A DNA stretch of 64,000 nucleotides from Mustelus asterias (Eukaryota): contig NC_135811.1 in the NCBI RefSeq assembly GCF_964213995.1, positions 18,600,001-18,664,000 of the forward strand, given 5' to 3'. This document shows, piece after piece, positions 52,800-63,047 of the stretch. Each line of letters starts with the position of its first letter. Within the stretch, counting starts at the first letter, position 1. Made by a program: the position numbers and the translations under genes. Under the pieces are notes generated by a model. It saw nothing but the letters and a program-made list of their open reading frames with translations. It was not told where the DNA came from and searched no databases.

Positions 52800-53564
52800 T
52801 TAACGGACCCTCTTGCTAACGCAGTTTCTGGTCTTCAGTTTAGGGATAGTGGGCTGCAGCTTGGAGAGTGGGCAGTATTTGATGGTGTGCGCGTTGTCTC
52901 CGTTGGCACCGCACAGGGGGCATGTGTAGCGCCTGAGGATGGGGCACAGCACCCGGCCGTCGGGGCTCTTCAGGATGTGGGTGGTGTACAGGGTGACCGA
53001 CTCGTTGTTGTTCCGGCAGAAGACGCAGATCTGCAGCTCTGCCTTGCCCCTGCTGGCTCGCTGCTGAACAGGAGGAGGGGGTGGCGGAGGGTGGTGCTGT
53101 TGCTGGTGGTGATAGTGGGCCAGTTGCAGGTGGCTCTTGTTGTCCATCATGATCACATCCAGCCGGTTCCAGTCGCCGGGCTCCCTCTCTCTGTCGGCCC
53201 GCTGCTGCTGCTGCTGCAGCTCGCCGCCGCCGCCCCTCGCCGCCGAGAAGGGGCTGAAGTCGGCGAAGCCCCCCTCCAGCCCGGTGGCCAGCAGCGCGTC
53301 GTGGTGCGAGCACAGCCCCAGCTGCAGCGAGCGGGCCAGGCAAGCCGGAGCGCCGGGCTGCAGCTTCAGCTGGCTGCCCGGGGCCAGTCCGCCCTTGCCC
53401 CCCTCGCCCCCAGCCTTGCCCACCAGCGTGCTCAAGCCCAGGTAGTCATTCCACGAGTTGAAGGTGTTCTCGGAAGTTCCGGCGTATCTCTGGCGCAGGT
53501 AATCCACCGAGCTGCTGTGCTTCTCCAAGCGAAGCTGGCTGTCTATAGAGCCGAAAGTTTCCAT
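52800..53564 (-). CDS. NANOS1: Nanos C2HC-type zinc finger 1, intronless ORF, 254 aa
   Basis: NOT1-interacting motif FNSWNDYLGL; two CCHC fingers (CVFCRNN...H...CPILRRYTCPLCGANGDNAHTIKYCP); tail-to-tail with EIF3A as in human. Confidence 0.96.
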   Translation of the reverse strand: METFGSIDSQLRLEKHSSSVDYLRQRYAGTSENTFNSWNDYLGLSTLVGKAGGEGGKGGLAPGSQLKLQPGAPACLARSLQLGLCSHHDALLATGLEGGFADFSPFSAARGGGGELQQQQQRADREREPGDWNRLDVIMMDNKSHLQLAHYHHQQQHHPPPPPPPVQQRASRGKAELQICVFCRNNNESVTLYTTHILKSPDGRVLCPILRRYTCPLCGANGDNAHTIKYCPLSKLQPTIPKLKTRNCVSKRVR

Positions 53565-53689
53565 TTCTCATGGATCAGCTTTCACCTCCTCCCCCCCTCT
53601 CCCCTGTAAAGCTGCCCCCTCCCCTACTAATTTTGTTGCTTAAAAAGTGTAAATCTTCCCAGTTCTCCTTGCACATCGATACAACAGGA

Positions 53690-53935
53690 CTTTTCTTTAC
53701 CGAACCTTGGGAACCGATGTACGCACACACACACACCCTTTAAATCCAGCTACTTTCCATCCCAGCCAGGTCCCCCCTCCAGCGCCATTCCTCTTCTCTC
53801 TGACTCCAGCCAGCCCACCCTCTCTTTGCAAATAGTCACCCACTTCCTCCGGACCCGCCCGCCGCCGCTGCTGGTTGGACGGGCTGTCCAGCAATCAGGG
53901 AAGGGGATTGAGAAGGTGTCCCTTTGATTGGTTTC
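53690..53935 (-). promoter_or_regulatory. NANOS1 proximal promoter / 5' leader region
   Basis: CCAAT (minus) at 53927-53931, overlapping a TCF/LEF-like CCTTTGAT at 53921-53928; GC boxes near 53855; CpG-rich. Confidence 0.45.
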
Positions 53936-54299
53936 TGGGCGCTTGTCAATTCCAGCCAAAGGTTCCCTCCCTGCCACTCATGAATGGCCAGTGCTCCCCC
54001 TTGGCCAGCAGCGAAGCTCTGAACAGCACACACACACACAGGGATTATTGCTCACTGTCAATCTGGCATCTTGTTCCTGTGTACGTATCCACAGACAACA
54101 TGCAGGTTAACCTCCATACCCAGTCTGAAGGGGATTTGTTTTTTTTTAAAAGCAAAACTACCAGGAGAGAAGTGTTTAAGAGGTCACCAGCAGTTTCAGA
54201 AATCATTGGTCATTGATGTTAAATGTAGGGACAGATCTCATTACAGTGTGTGTTTTTAAATTCCATATCCTGCAGATTAGCAACTCCAATATTTTTAAA

Positions 54300-54672
54300 A
54301 TTTACTTATTATTGTCACAATTAGGCTTACATTAACATTGCAGAAACGTTAGATTGTAAACAAATTTAGACAGAGTGTACAGTCAGTCACAATAAAACGT
54401 GTATTCCCAAACTCAGTATAGTCTCAATAAATGTTCACGAAGTTACTGTGAATACCCCCTAGTCGCCACACTCTGGCGCCTGTTCGGGTACACTGAGGGA
54501 GAATTTAGCATGGCCAATGCACCTAACCAGCATGTCTTTCGGACTGTGGGAGGAAACCGGGACACCTGGAGGAAACCCATGCAGGCACAGGGAGAACTTG
54601 CAGATTCGCACAGACAGTGACCCAACCTGGGTCCCTGAAGCTGTGAGGCAGCAATGCTAACCACTGTGCCGC
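54300..54672 (-). mobile_element. V-SINE short-tail variant carrying a foreign ~98-bp insert
   Basis: Aligns to 50120-50405 except for 54341-54438. Confidence 0.85.
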
Positions 54673-54769
54673 CCCTCATTACAGTATGAATTTTTTTTTT
54701 GATTCCTTGGGTTACTTGTCCTACAGATTAGCAACTCCACTATCTTCACTTTATTGCCACTTTGAGATG

Positions 54770-57070
54770 TACAGTGCTGAGCTCCACACTATAGGAAGGA
54801 TGTGAATGCATTGATGAGAGACAGTGCAGAAGAGGTTTACAAGAATATTTCCAGGGATGAGAAACTTCAGTGATGAGGATAGATTGGAGAGGTTGGGACT
54901 GTTCTCCTTGGAGAGAAGAAGGCTAAGAGGAGATTTGTAGAGATGTCCAAAATTATGAGGGGGTTGGACAGAGTAAATAAGGAGAAACCGTTCCCCTTTG
55001 TAAAAGGATCGAGAACAACAGGGCACAGATTTAAGGTGTTTTGCAAAAGAAGCAAATGTGATTTAAAAAATAACTTTTTCACACGGTGAGTGGTTCAGGT
55101 CTGAAATGCGCTGCCTGTAAGTGTGGTAGAGGCAGGTTCAATTAAGGAATTCAAGGGGGAATTAGATAATTATTTGAATAGAAACAATGTGCAGGGGTAC
55201 AGGGAGAAGGCAGGGAATGGTGCTAAGTCTTGATGCTCATTTGAGCATCATGACTTGAGAGGTTGGATAGGCTTCGGTTGTTTTCTCTGGAGTAGAGAAG
55301 ACTGAGAGGTGACCAGATCGAGGTGTTCAAGATTATGAGCGGCATGGACAGGGTGGATAGGGAGCAGCTTTTCTCCTTTGATCAAGCAGATGCAGCATGG
55401 ATTCATGAAGGGAAAGTCGTGTTTGACGAATTTACTGGATTTTTATGAAGATGTAACGAGTGCAGTTGACAGAGGGGAACCGGTGGATGTGGTGTTTTTG
55501 GATTTCCAGAACGCGTTCAATAAGGTGCCTCACAAAAGGTTGCTGCAGAAGATTTGGGTACACGGAGTTGGGGGTAAAGTGTTAGCGTGGATTGAGGATT
55601 GGCTATCTAACAGGAAGCAGAGAGTAGGAATAAATGGGTGCTTTTCTGGTTGGCAGTTGGTGACTAGTGGCGTGCCGCAGGGATCGGTGCTGGGGCCTCA
55701 ACTGTTTACCATATACATAGACGATCTGGAGGAGGGGACCGAGTGTAGGGTAACAAAGTTTGCGGATGATACAAAGATGAGTGGGAAAGCGAATTGCGTG
55801 GAGGATGCGGAAAGTCTGCAGAGAGATTTGGATAGGCTAAGTGAGTGGGCGAGGATCTGGCAGATGGAGTATAACGTTGACAAGTGTGAGGTTACCCACT
55901 TTGGAAGGAATAATAGTAAAATGGACTATTATTTAAATAGTGAAAAATTACTACATGCTACTGTGCAGAGGGACCTGCATGAATCGCAAAAACTCAGTTT
56001 GCAGGTGCAGCAGGTGATCAAGAAGGCAAATGGAATGTTGGCCTTTATCACGAAGGGGATGGAGTATAAAAGCAGGGAGGTCTTGCTGCAACTGTACAAG
56101 GTACTGGTGAGGCCGCAACTGGAGTACTGTGTGCAATTTTGGTCCCCTTATTTGCAGAAGGATGTATTGGCCTTGGAGGGAATACAGAGAAGGTTCACCA
56201 GGTTGATACTGGAGATGAGGGGGTTAGCTTATGAGGAGAGATTGAGTAGATTGGGCCTGTACTCGTTGGAGTTTAGAAGGCTATGGGGAGATCTTATAGA
56301 GACATATAAGATAATGAAGGGGCTCGACAGGGTAGAGGCAGAGAGATTCTTTCCACTTAGAAAGGAAACAAGAACGAGAGGACACAGCCTCAAAATAAGG
56401 GGGAGCCAGTTTAGGACAGAGTTGAGGAGGAACTTCTTCTCTCAGAGGGTAGTGAATCTCTGGAATTCTCTGCCCATTGAAGCAGTGGAGGCTACCTCGT
56501 AAAGTATGTTTAAGTCACAGGTAGATAGATTTCTGATCAATAAGGGAATTAAGGGTTATGGGGAGTGGGCGGGTAAGTGGAACTAAACCACTATCAGATC
56601 AGCCATGATCTTATTGAATGGCGGGGAAGGCTCGAGGGGCTAGATGGCCTACTCCTGCTCCTATTTCTTATGTTCTTATGTTCTTATATTCGTTGAAGGG
56701 TCAGTTACAAGGGAACAAAAGTTTAAAAGTGAGATGGGAGGTTTAGGGTGAATTTGAAGTAAATCATTTTTACTCAGAGGGTGGTGACGGTCTGGAATGC
56801 ACTGCCTGGGAGGGTGGTGGAGGCGGGATGCCTCACATCCTTTAAAAAGTACCTGGATGACTACTTGGCACACCATAACATTCAAGGCTGTGGGCCAAGT
56901 TCTGGCAAGTGGGATTAGGTGGGCAGATCAGGGCCTTTCATGCGTCAGTGCAGACTCGATGGGCTGAAGGGCCTCTTCTGCACTGTAGGATTCTGTGATT
57001 CATTTGGAGAGCCAATGCAGACATGATGGTCCAAATGGCTTCCTTCTGCGGCCGTAACAATTCTGTTATT
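54770..57070 (+). mobile_element. Three nested CR1 LINE fragments; the innermost (55378-56690) keeps a 374-aa RT ORF
   Basis: [36 protein letters not shown] and KFADD motifs; outer elements resume at about 56691 and 57001. Confidence 0.9.
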
Positions 57071-57839
57071 TTGAATAGCTGGATGGGCTGAGATCCACAG
57101 TATATTGGTCAGATCGGGTTAATTTATTGGTTATGGAGGGGGGAGGGGGAAAACATGACAAAAAAACACTCAATGAGGTTGAGAATTTCTGAGATATGAC
57201 AATTATTCTGAGAAATTATTAATGTTAGAAATTGTACAACCAGAATTGGTGAACAAACTGGGGTAGGCATGGTGCGATGAGAATAGCCCCCGGGGGAGAA
57301 GGACATGGCTGGGAAGTGGCCCGGCAATGTCCTCTGGCACTGCCCCTTGGCACAGGTTGTTACTGCCAGGCTGGCATCATACCCACGCCAACCTGGTAGT
57401 GCTAGCTTGGCAGTTCCAGCCAGTGCCGGGGGCGAGCACCAGTGGGAGCAGCATGGAGGAGGGGGAGGAGGATTCATTCAGATTTGGTTGTGAGCTGGGA
57501 GTAGAGGGAGGAGCTGGGGTGATGGCTGTTGTGGGGGAGGAGAGGGGGTGGGTGGGTACTGAATGGCATGTGGGTGCCGACTCCAGCAGTGGGGCCGTGG
57601 GGGGGAGGGAGGGTGCGGAGGTGCGGTGATTGGGGGGGAAGAGGGAGATTGGGTGGGAGAAGGTCTGGATGATCGGGGTGGTTGGGGGGGGGGGGGGGGG
57701 GGTGGTTGCTGGTGGGTGGTGGTAGACAAGGGCCGACTCCGATTGGGGCTGAGGACGGGAGCCACTGAGAATTCCATGGTGGGCTCAGGCGGGGGGGGGG
57801 GGGGGGGGGAGAGGTTTACTCAGGTTCTGATTGGGGCGC

Positions 57840-58166
57840 TGATGCGCGTTATCACACACGAGGCTTGATGCTCAGGAAATAAAGGCTTTTATTTGCTGTA
57901 ACAAAGCAGCTAACAATTATATACACGATCCCAGACTGAGGGGTCCCAGCCAGAGCAGGGACTTTTATACCTCTCCCAGGAGGTGGAGCCCGACTGGGAT
58001 GTACCACAACACTACAATACAAAGGTGTAACAACCCCACGCTAACCCTAACAGCAACAAGTAGCACAACCCATCCCTAACCCAACAGCAACATGTGTACA
58101 TACTTGTAGTACTGGCCAGACCCTGGCTCAGTACTATCCAGTGGGAACCAACGATGGCTCACCACA
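57840..58166 (-). repeat. 3' LTR
   Basis: Direct repeat of 60338-60654. Confidence 0.93.
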
Positions 58167-58228
58167 TTCACCCCTCCTTTGAGAACAAAGGCCGGCGGGG
58201 TACAAAAACAGAATAATTTGTCATCAGT

Positions 58229-59839
58229 CTATAAGTTCAGACGGTCAGGGGGACCGCACCATCGTTCTGACCTCCTCAATACCGGCGGTGACACCGGAGT
58301 AGGCACTTGCGGTGGCGTTCTCCCCAAGGCGATGTCCAGCTGTTCCTCCACAGACTCACAGGCCGGTTGACCCTGAGGTGACGGTAATCCATGGAGTCCC
58401 GACACGCCCTGAAGTGGCGACCATCCTCTGGACTCAGGCAAGCTGTACACGGGAGTAAAAGGGTTAAGCAATGGTCCCGATGCTGCCCGCGCCGTGTCCG
58501 GGGGAGAAACAAGAGTTAAGGGGTTTGTAAGAGGGGGTATGGGAGCGACAGGTGTTGCTACATCCCCTGCTGGCGCCAGGTCTCGGATTGAGACCGTGTC
58601 CTCTCGCCCGTCAGGGTATGCCACATAGGCATACTGAGGGTTGGCGTGGAGGAGATGGACCTGTTCGACCAACGGGTCGGACTTACGGGCCCTTACATGT
58701 CGTCGCAGGAGGACGGGTCCTGAGTACCTCAACCAAGACGGTAATGAGGTCCCTGAGGAAGACTTCTGAGGGAATGAAAACATCCTCTCATGGGGAGTAG
58801 CATTGGTTGCCGTACACAGGAGTGAGCGAATAGAATGGAGCGCATCAGGGAGCACCTCTTGCCAACGGGAGACTGGAAGGCTTTTTGACTTCAACGCCAG
58901 TAAGACAGCCTTCCAGACTGTAGCATTCTCATGTTCCACCTGTCCGTTACCCCTAGGGTTGTAGCTCGTGGTCCTACTAGAGGCAATCCCGTATGAGAGC
59001 AGGTATTGCCTCAAGTCATCGCTCATGAACGACGAGCCCCTGTCGCTGTGAATGTAGCCGGGGTACCCGAACAGGGTAAAAAGATCACGGAATGCCTTGA
59101 TAACCGTGGCAGCGGATGTATCAGAGCAGGGAACAACAAAAGGGAACCTAGAGTACTCGTCAATGATGTTGAGGAAGTACACATTCCGATCTGTTGAGGG
59201 AATGGGGCCCTTAAAATCGACACTCAGTCTCTCGAAGGGACGAGTGGCCTTGACTAAATGTGCCCGGTCAGGTCGGTAAAAGTGCGGTTTGCATTCCGCG
59301 CATACCCGACAGCTTCTTGTTATGGACCTGACGTCCTCCACCGAGTAGGGCAGATTGCGGGCTTTTATAAAGTGGTAGAGCCGAGTGACCCCAGGATGGC
59401 ATAGGTCATTATGGAGAGCCTGCAAACGGTCCTCCTGTATGCTGGCGCATGTTCCACGTGAGAGGGCATCCAAGGGCTCATTGAGTTTCCCTGGACGATA
59501 CATGATGTCATAGTTATAGGTGGAGAGTTCAATTCTCCACCGCAAGATCTTGTCATTCTTGATCTTGCCCCTCTGCGTGTTGTTAAACATGAACGCCACA
59601 GACCGCTGGTCCGTGATCAGGGTGAACCGTTTTCCTGCCAAGTAATGGCGCCAGTGCCTGACGGCCTCCACAATGGCCTGGGCCTCCTTTTCCACCGCTG
59701 AATGCCGAATTTCGGGGCCTTGGAGGGTGCGGGAAGAAAGTGTGACGGGCCTGCCCGCCTGGTTAAGTGTGGCGGCCAGGGCGAAATCAGATGCATCGCT
59801 CTCCACCTGAAAGGGGATGGACTCATCAACAGCGTGCAT
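58229..59839 (-). CDS. Gypsy pol remnant: RNase H + integrase (536 aa open frame)
   Basis: RNase H motifs ESDAS, EKEA, TDQ; zinc finger H..H..CRVC; DDE motifs SVDFKGP, HSDRGSSF, GQVE. Confidence 0.88.
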   Translation of the reverse strand: MHAVDESIPFQVESDASDFALAATLNQAGRPVTLSSRTLQGPEIRHSAVEKEAQAIVEAVRHWRHYLAGKRFTLITDQRSVAFMFNNTQRGKIKNDKILRWRIELSTYNYDIMYRPGKLNEPLDALSRGTCASIQEDRLQALHNDLCHPGVTRLYHFIKARNLPYSVEDVRSITRSCRVCAECKPHFYRPDRAHLVKATRPFERLSVDFKGPIPSTDRNVYFLNIIDEYSRFPFVVPCSDTSAATVIKAFRDLFTLFGYPGYIHSDRGSSFMSDDLRQYLLSYGIASSRTTSYNPRGNGQVEHENATVWKAVLLALKSKSLPVSRWQEVLPDALHSIRSLLCTATNATPHERMFSFPQKSSSGTSLPSWLRYSGPVLLRRHVRARKSDPLVEQVHLLHANPQYAYVAYPDGREDTVSIRDLAPAGDVATPVAPIPPLTNPLTLVSPPDTARAASGPLLNPFTPVYSLPESRGWSPLQGVSGLHGLPSPQGQPACESVEEQLDIALGRTPPQVPTPVSPPVLRRSERWCGPPDRLNL

Positions 59840-59842
59840 CGT

Positions 59843-60288
59843 AGTTTAAGTCGAATGTACGACGATCCGACTCCCGCCACAAACGCATCTCGGGCGAGGT
59901 CGTTCATACTCTGCTCAGCCGACACAGCTTTGCAGTTACAGCCCCTGGCTAGCTGTAGGAGCTCGTTCGCGTATTCCTCCATCGTTTTGCCAGACTGCCG
60001 CCGCCGAGTGGCTAAGAGGTAACGAGCGTGTATTTCGTTGGGTGGTTTAATATAACGCTTCTTCAGAAGCACGAGGGCCTTTGTGTAATCGGTGGTCGCA
60101 CGGATCGCGAGGTAGACAGTGTCGCTTACCCTCGCATGGAGGACCCGGAGTCTGTCATCATCTGTGGTGACCGCTGCGGAGGCTGCCAGGTAGTCTTCAA
60201 AACACTTCAGCCAGTGGTCGAAGGTGTTAGAGGCGCCCACCGCACGTGGATCTAGTGTAAGGCGTTCCGGCTTCAGTATCTGCTCCAT
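59843..60288 (-). pseudogene. Truncated Gypsy gag (N-terminal ~148 aa)
   Basis: MEQILKPERL...HWLKCFEDYL...ARYLLATRRRQSGKTMEEY...ARDAFVAG gag-like motifs; ends at the deletion junction. Confidence 0.75.
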
Positions 60289-60337
60289 ACTCTCTTTTTT
60301 TTTTCTTCGACGAGAGTTTATTTACAGCAAATAAAGT

Positions 60338-60654
60338 TGATGCGCGTTATCATACACGATGCTCAGGAAATAAAGGCTTTTATTTGCTGTAACAAAGCAG
60401 CTAACAATTATATACACGATCCCAGACTGAGGGGTCCCAGCCAGAGCAGGGACCTTTATACCTCTCCCAGGAGGTGGAGCCCGACTGGGATGTACCACAA
60501 CACTACAATACAAAGGTGTAACAACCCCACCCTAACCCCAACAGCAACAAGTAGCACAACCCATCCCTAACCCAACAGCAACATATGTACATACTTGTAC
60601 TGGCCAGACCCTGGCTCAGTACTATCCAGTGGGAACCAACGATGGTTCACCACA
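60338..60654 (-). repeat. 5' LTR
   Basis: Direct repeat of 57840-58166; TATAAAG, Inr-like TCAGT and AATAAA on the minus strand. Confidence 0.93.
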
Positions 60655-60699
60655 GGCGCCTTTAAAGAACTCTGTGCAGCTGGGTTTTGCCAGGTGTTT

Positions 60700-60860
60700 N
60701 NNNNNNNNNNNNNNNNNNNNNNNNNNNNNNNNNNNNNNNNNNNNNNNNNNNNNNNNNNNNNNNNNNNNNNNNNNNNNNNNNNNNNNNNNNNNNNNNNNNN
60801 NNNNNNNNNNNNNNNNNNNNNNNNNNNNNNNNNNNNNNNNNNNNNNNNNNNNNNNNNNNN
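60700..60860. other. Assembly gap (161 N)
   Basis: Run of N. Confidence 1.
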
Positions 60861-62309
60861 GAAACACACCCCCTTGATTTTTCTTTGGCAGACTATCATA
60901 AGTTCTGGAGAGAAAACCGACTGCCTTCTCTGAAGAGAAACACGTCGGTTTTCTCGACGGAAACAACACTGTTATTTTTTGCTAAGATTCCTCCCAAAGA
61001 GTCATAGAGGTACACAGCCCAGAAAAAGGCCCTTCGGCCCATCATGTCTGCACTGGTCGAAAACAAACCACCCGACTATTCTCTTCAATGTGGCACTTCA
61101 ATGTTTTATTTGAGTTCTTATTTAATAATTTGATTGGTTTTGTAAGATGGCAAGTAATTGTGACATTATGTGAATGAACTTAATCAGATAAATCATTAAA
61201 TTGGAACATAGCATTTGAAGCAATCCAGCCTTTCTAGGGGCAGTTAGATAACCATGGTCATATCCTACACTGGCCTTTTACTGCTGCATTTGCAAATAAT
61301 ATTGAGACATTACTTGGTCAGTTTATATTTTGTTCAGAACACAAATTTGCATTTGAATTTGGGTGTTTTTTTTATTCATTCATGGGACATGGACATTGCT
61401 CGCTGGCCAGTATTTATTGCCCATCCCTGGTTGCCCGAGGGCAGATGAGAGTCAACCACATTGCTGTGGCTCTGGAGTCACGTGAAGGCCAGGCCAGGTA
61501 AGGACGGCAGATTTCCTTCCCTCAAGGGCATTAGTGAACCAAATGGGTTTTCCCGACAATCGACAATGGTTTCATGGTCATCAGCAGATTCTTAATTCCA
61601 GATATTTTCTTTTTATTGAATTCAAATTCCACCATCTGCCATGGCGGGGATTTGAACCTGGGTCCTCAGAACATTAGTTGAGTTTCTGGATTAATAGTCC
61701 AACGATGATACCACTAGGCCATCACCTCCCTGTTTTAAGACATGAAACGTGATTTCTAATACCATTGAGTATAACTGCATATGTTATCACTAGAAACCTC
61801 TCTTTCTTCTTACGCTGGCAGAGAAATACGCAATCTTTATCACCATCTGTTTTCAGAAAATACAAATCCAGCAAAAAATCGTTTGGGAGAGAGATGTTGA
61901 TTAAACTCCTAACTGAGAATGAAGGAACATCCAACAGTGCATGAAACACTGGTGTGCCAGAAAAACAAATTAAAATTAACTTCTGACCATGTCACACCTG
62001 CTTCCATCTGTACAAAAAGAACTCCAGAGTTCCAGTGTGAAGTCATAATGATAGAAAAGGCGCAATTGTTAAAATTTACAGGCAGAAATCAAACCCACCT
62101 TGAAAAAGATGCTGACGAGGTCAAAAGAAATTCAACAACAATAACTGATGGCTTAAAGGTAAACTAACAGTGGGCCATCCCCTAGTGATCCTGCCTAGAT
62201 TCAGGTATGAGCAAGCTGCTGGATTTTGAAGCTTAACTGCATCCGATAACTCAGGAAGCTTTTGTGAGCTGCTTTACTGGCCAAAAGGTTACCGCATCCG
62301 TGTGGTTTT

Positions 62310-62627
62310 AGAATCGTAGAATCCCTACAGAGCAGGAGGAGGCCAGTTGGCCCATCGAGTCTGCACCGACCACACTCCCACCCAGGCCCTATTCCCGTAA
62401 CTCCACATATTTACCCCGCTAATCCCCCTGACACTAAGGGGCAATTTAGCATGGCCAATCAACCTAACCTGCACATCTTTGGACTGTGTGAGGAAACCAG
62501 AGCACCCGGAGAAAACTCACGCACACACGGGGAGATTGTGCAAATTCCACACAGACAATGACCCGAAGCCATAATTGAACCTGAGTCCCTGGTGCTGTGA
62601 GGCAGCAATGCTAACCACTGTGCCACC
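62310..62627 (-). mobile_element. HE1-type SINE
   Basis: Reverse full-length copy. Confidence 0.88.
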
Positions 62628-62728
62628 ATTCATAAAGTTACAGAGCCAATGCTCAGAATGGACTGGGCAAGTCTAAAGCCATTCCTTGCTCGCTCCAAAA
62701 ACCAAAATCAAATTGAATCCAATTCATG

Positions 62729-62855
62729 GGGCGGGATTTTCCAGCCATGCTCGCCCCAAGACTGGAAAATCCCGCCCGAGGTCAATGGACTGTTGCATGG
62801 TCTGTGTCCTGCCCGCTACGATTCCCGTGGCAGACGGGATGGGAAAATTCCACCC
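62729..62855. mobile_element. MITE-like element
   Basis: TIR-like ends GGGCGGGATTTTCC / GGAAAATTCCACCC, 3-bp flanking repeat ATG, internal 16-bp inverted repeat (62729-62744 / 62762-62777). Confidence 0.6.
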
Positions 62856-62949
62856 ATGGTCTCCACATGTACTGGCTGTAGGATTCGCATTCTAATCAGT
62901 ATTCTGTAACTTGATTTTGTGTCTCTGTGCACTGTTGGAGAACAGATTT

Positions 62950-63047
62950 TCACTCCATCTGACGAAGGAGCAGCGCTCCGAAAGCTTATGGTTTTTGCTA
63001 CCAAATAAACCTGTTGGACTTTAACCTGGTGTTGTGAGACTTCTTAC
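62950..63047 (+). mobile_element. Penelope terminal-repeat fragment with hammerhead motif (62955-62991)
   Basis: Nearly identical to 46072-46160. Confidence 0.8.

Larger units (their letters stand above)
57840..60654 (-). mobile_element. Ty3/Gypsy LTR retrotransposon, internally deleted (5' gag fused to RNase H-integrase; no protease or RT)
   Basis: LTRs at 57840-58166 and 60338-60654 (TG...CA); 5-bp TSD GGCGC (57835-57839, 60655-60659); PPT AAAGGAGGGGTGAA at 58167-58180. Confidence 0.95.

Noticed and set aside
52773-53609. 278-aa antisense ORF spanning NANOS1
   Set aside because: Mirror frame of a GC3-rich CDS; low complexity and no recognisable domain.
53604-53700. Possible 5'UTR intron of NANOS1 (GTAAAG...TTTACAG on the minus strand)
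   Set aside because: The acceptor region is purine-rich with no pyrimidine tract; not supportable without transcripts.
55378-56502. 374-aa RT ORF as a host gene
   Set aside because: It is a 5'-truncated CR1 ORF2 with its 3' tail and no endonuclease domain or promoter.
57124-57868. Pro/Gly-rich ORFs and poly-G tracts
   Set aside because: Low-complexity host repeat interrupted by the LTR element; homopolymer lengths are unreliable.
60567-61007. ORFs containing X runs
   Set aside because: Artefacts of the 161-N assembly gap.
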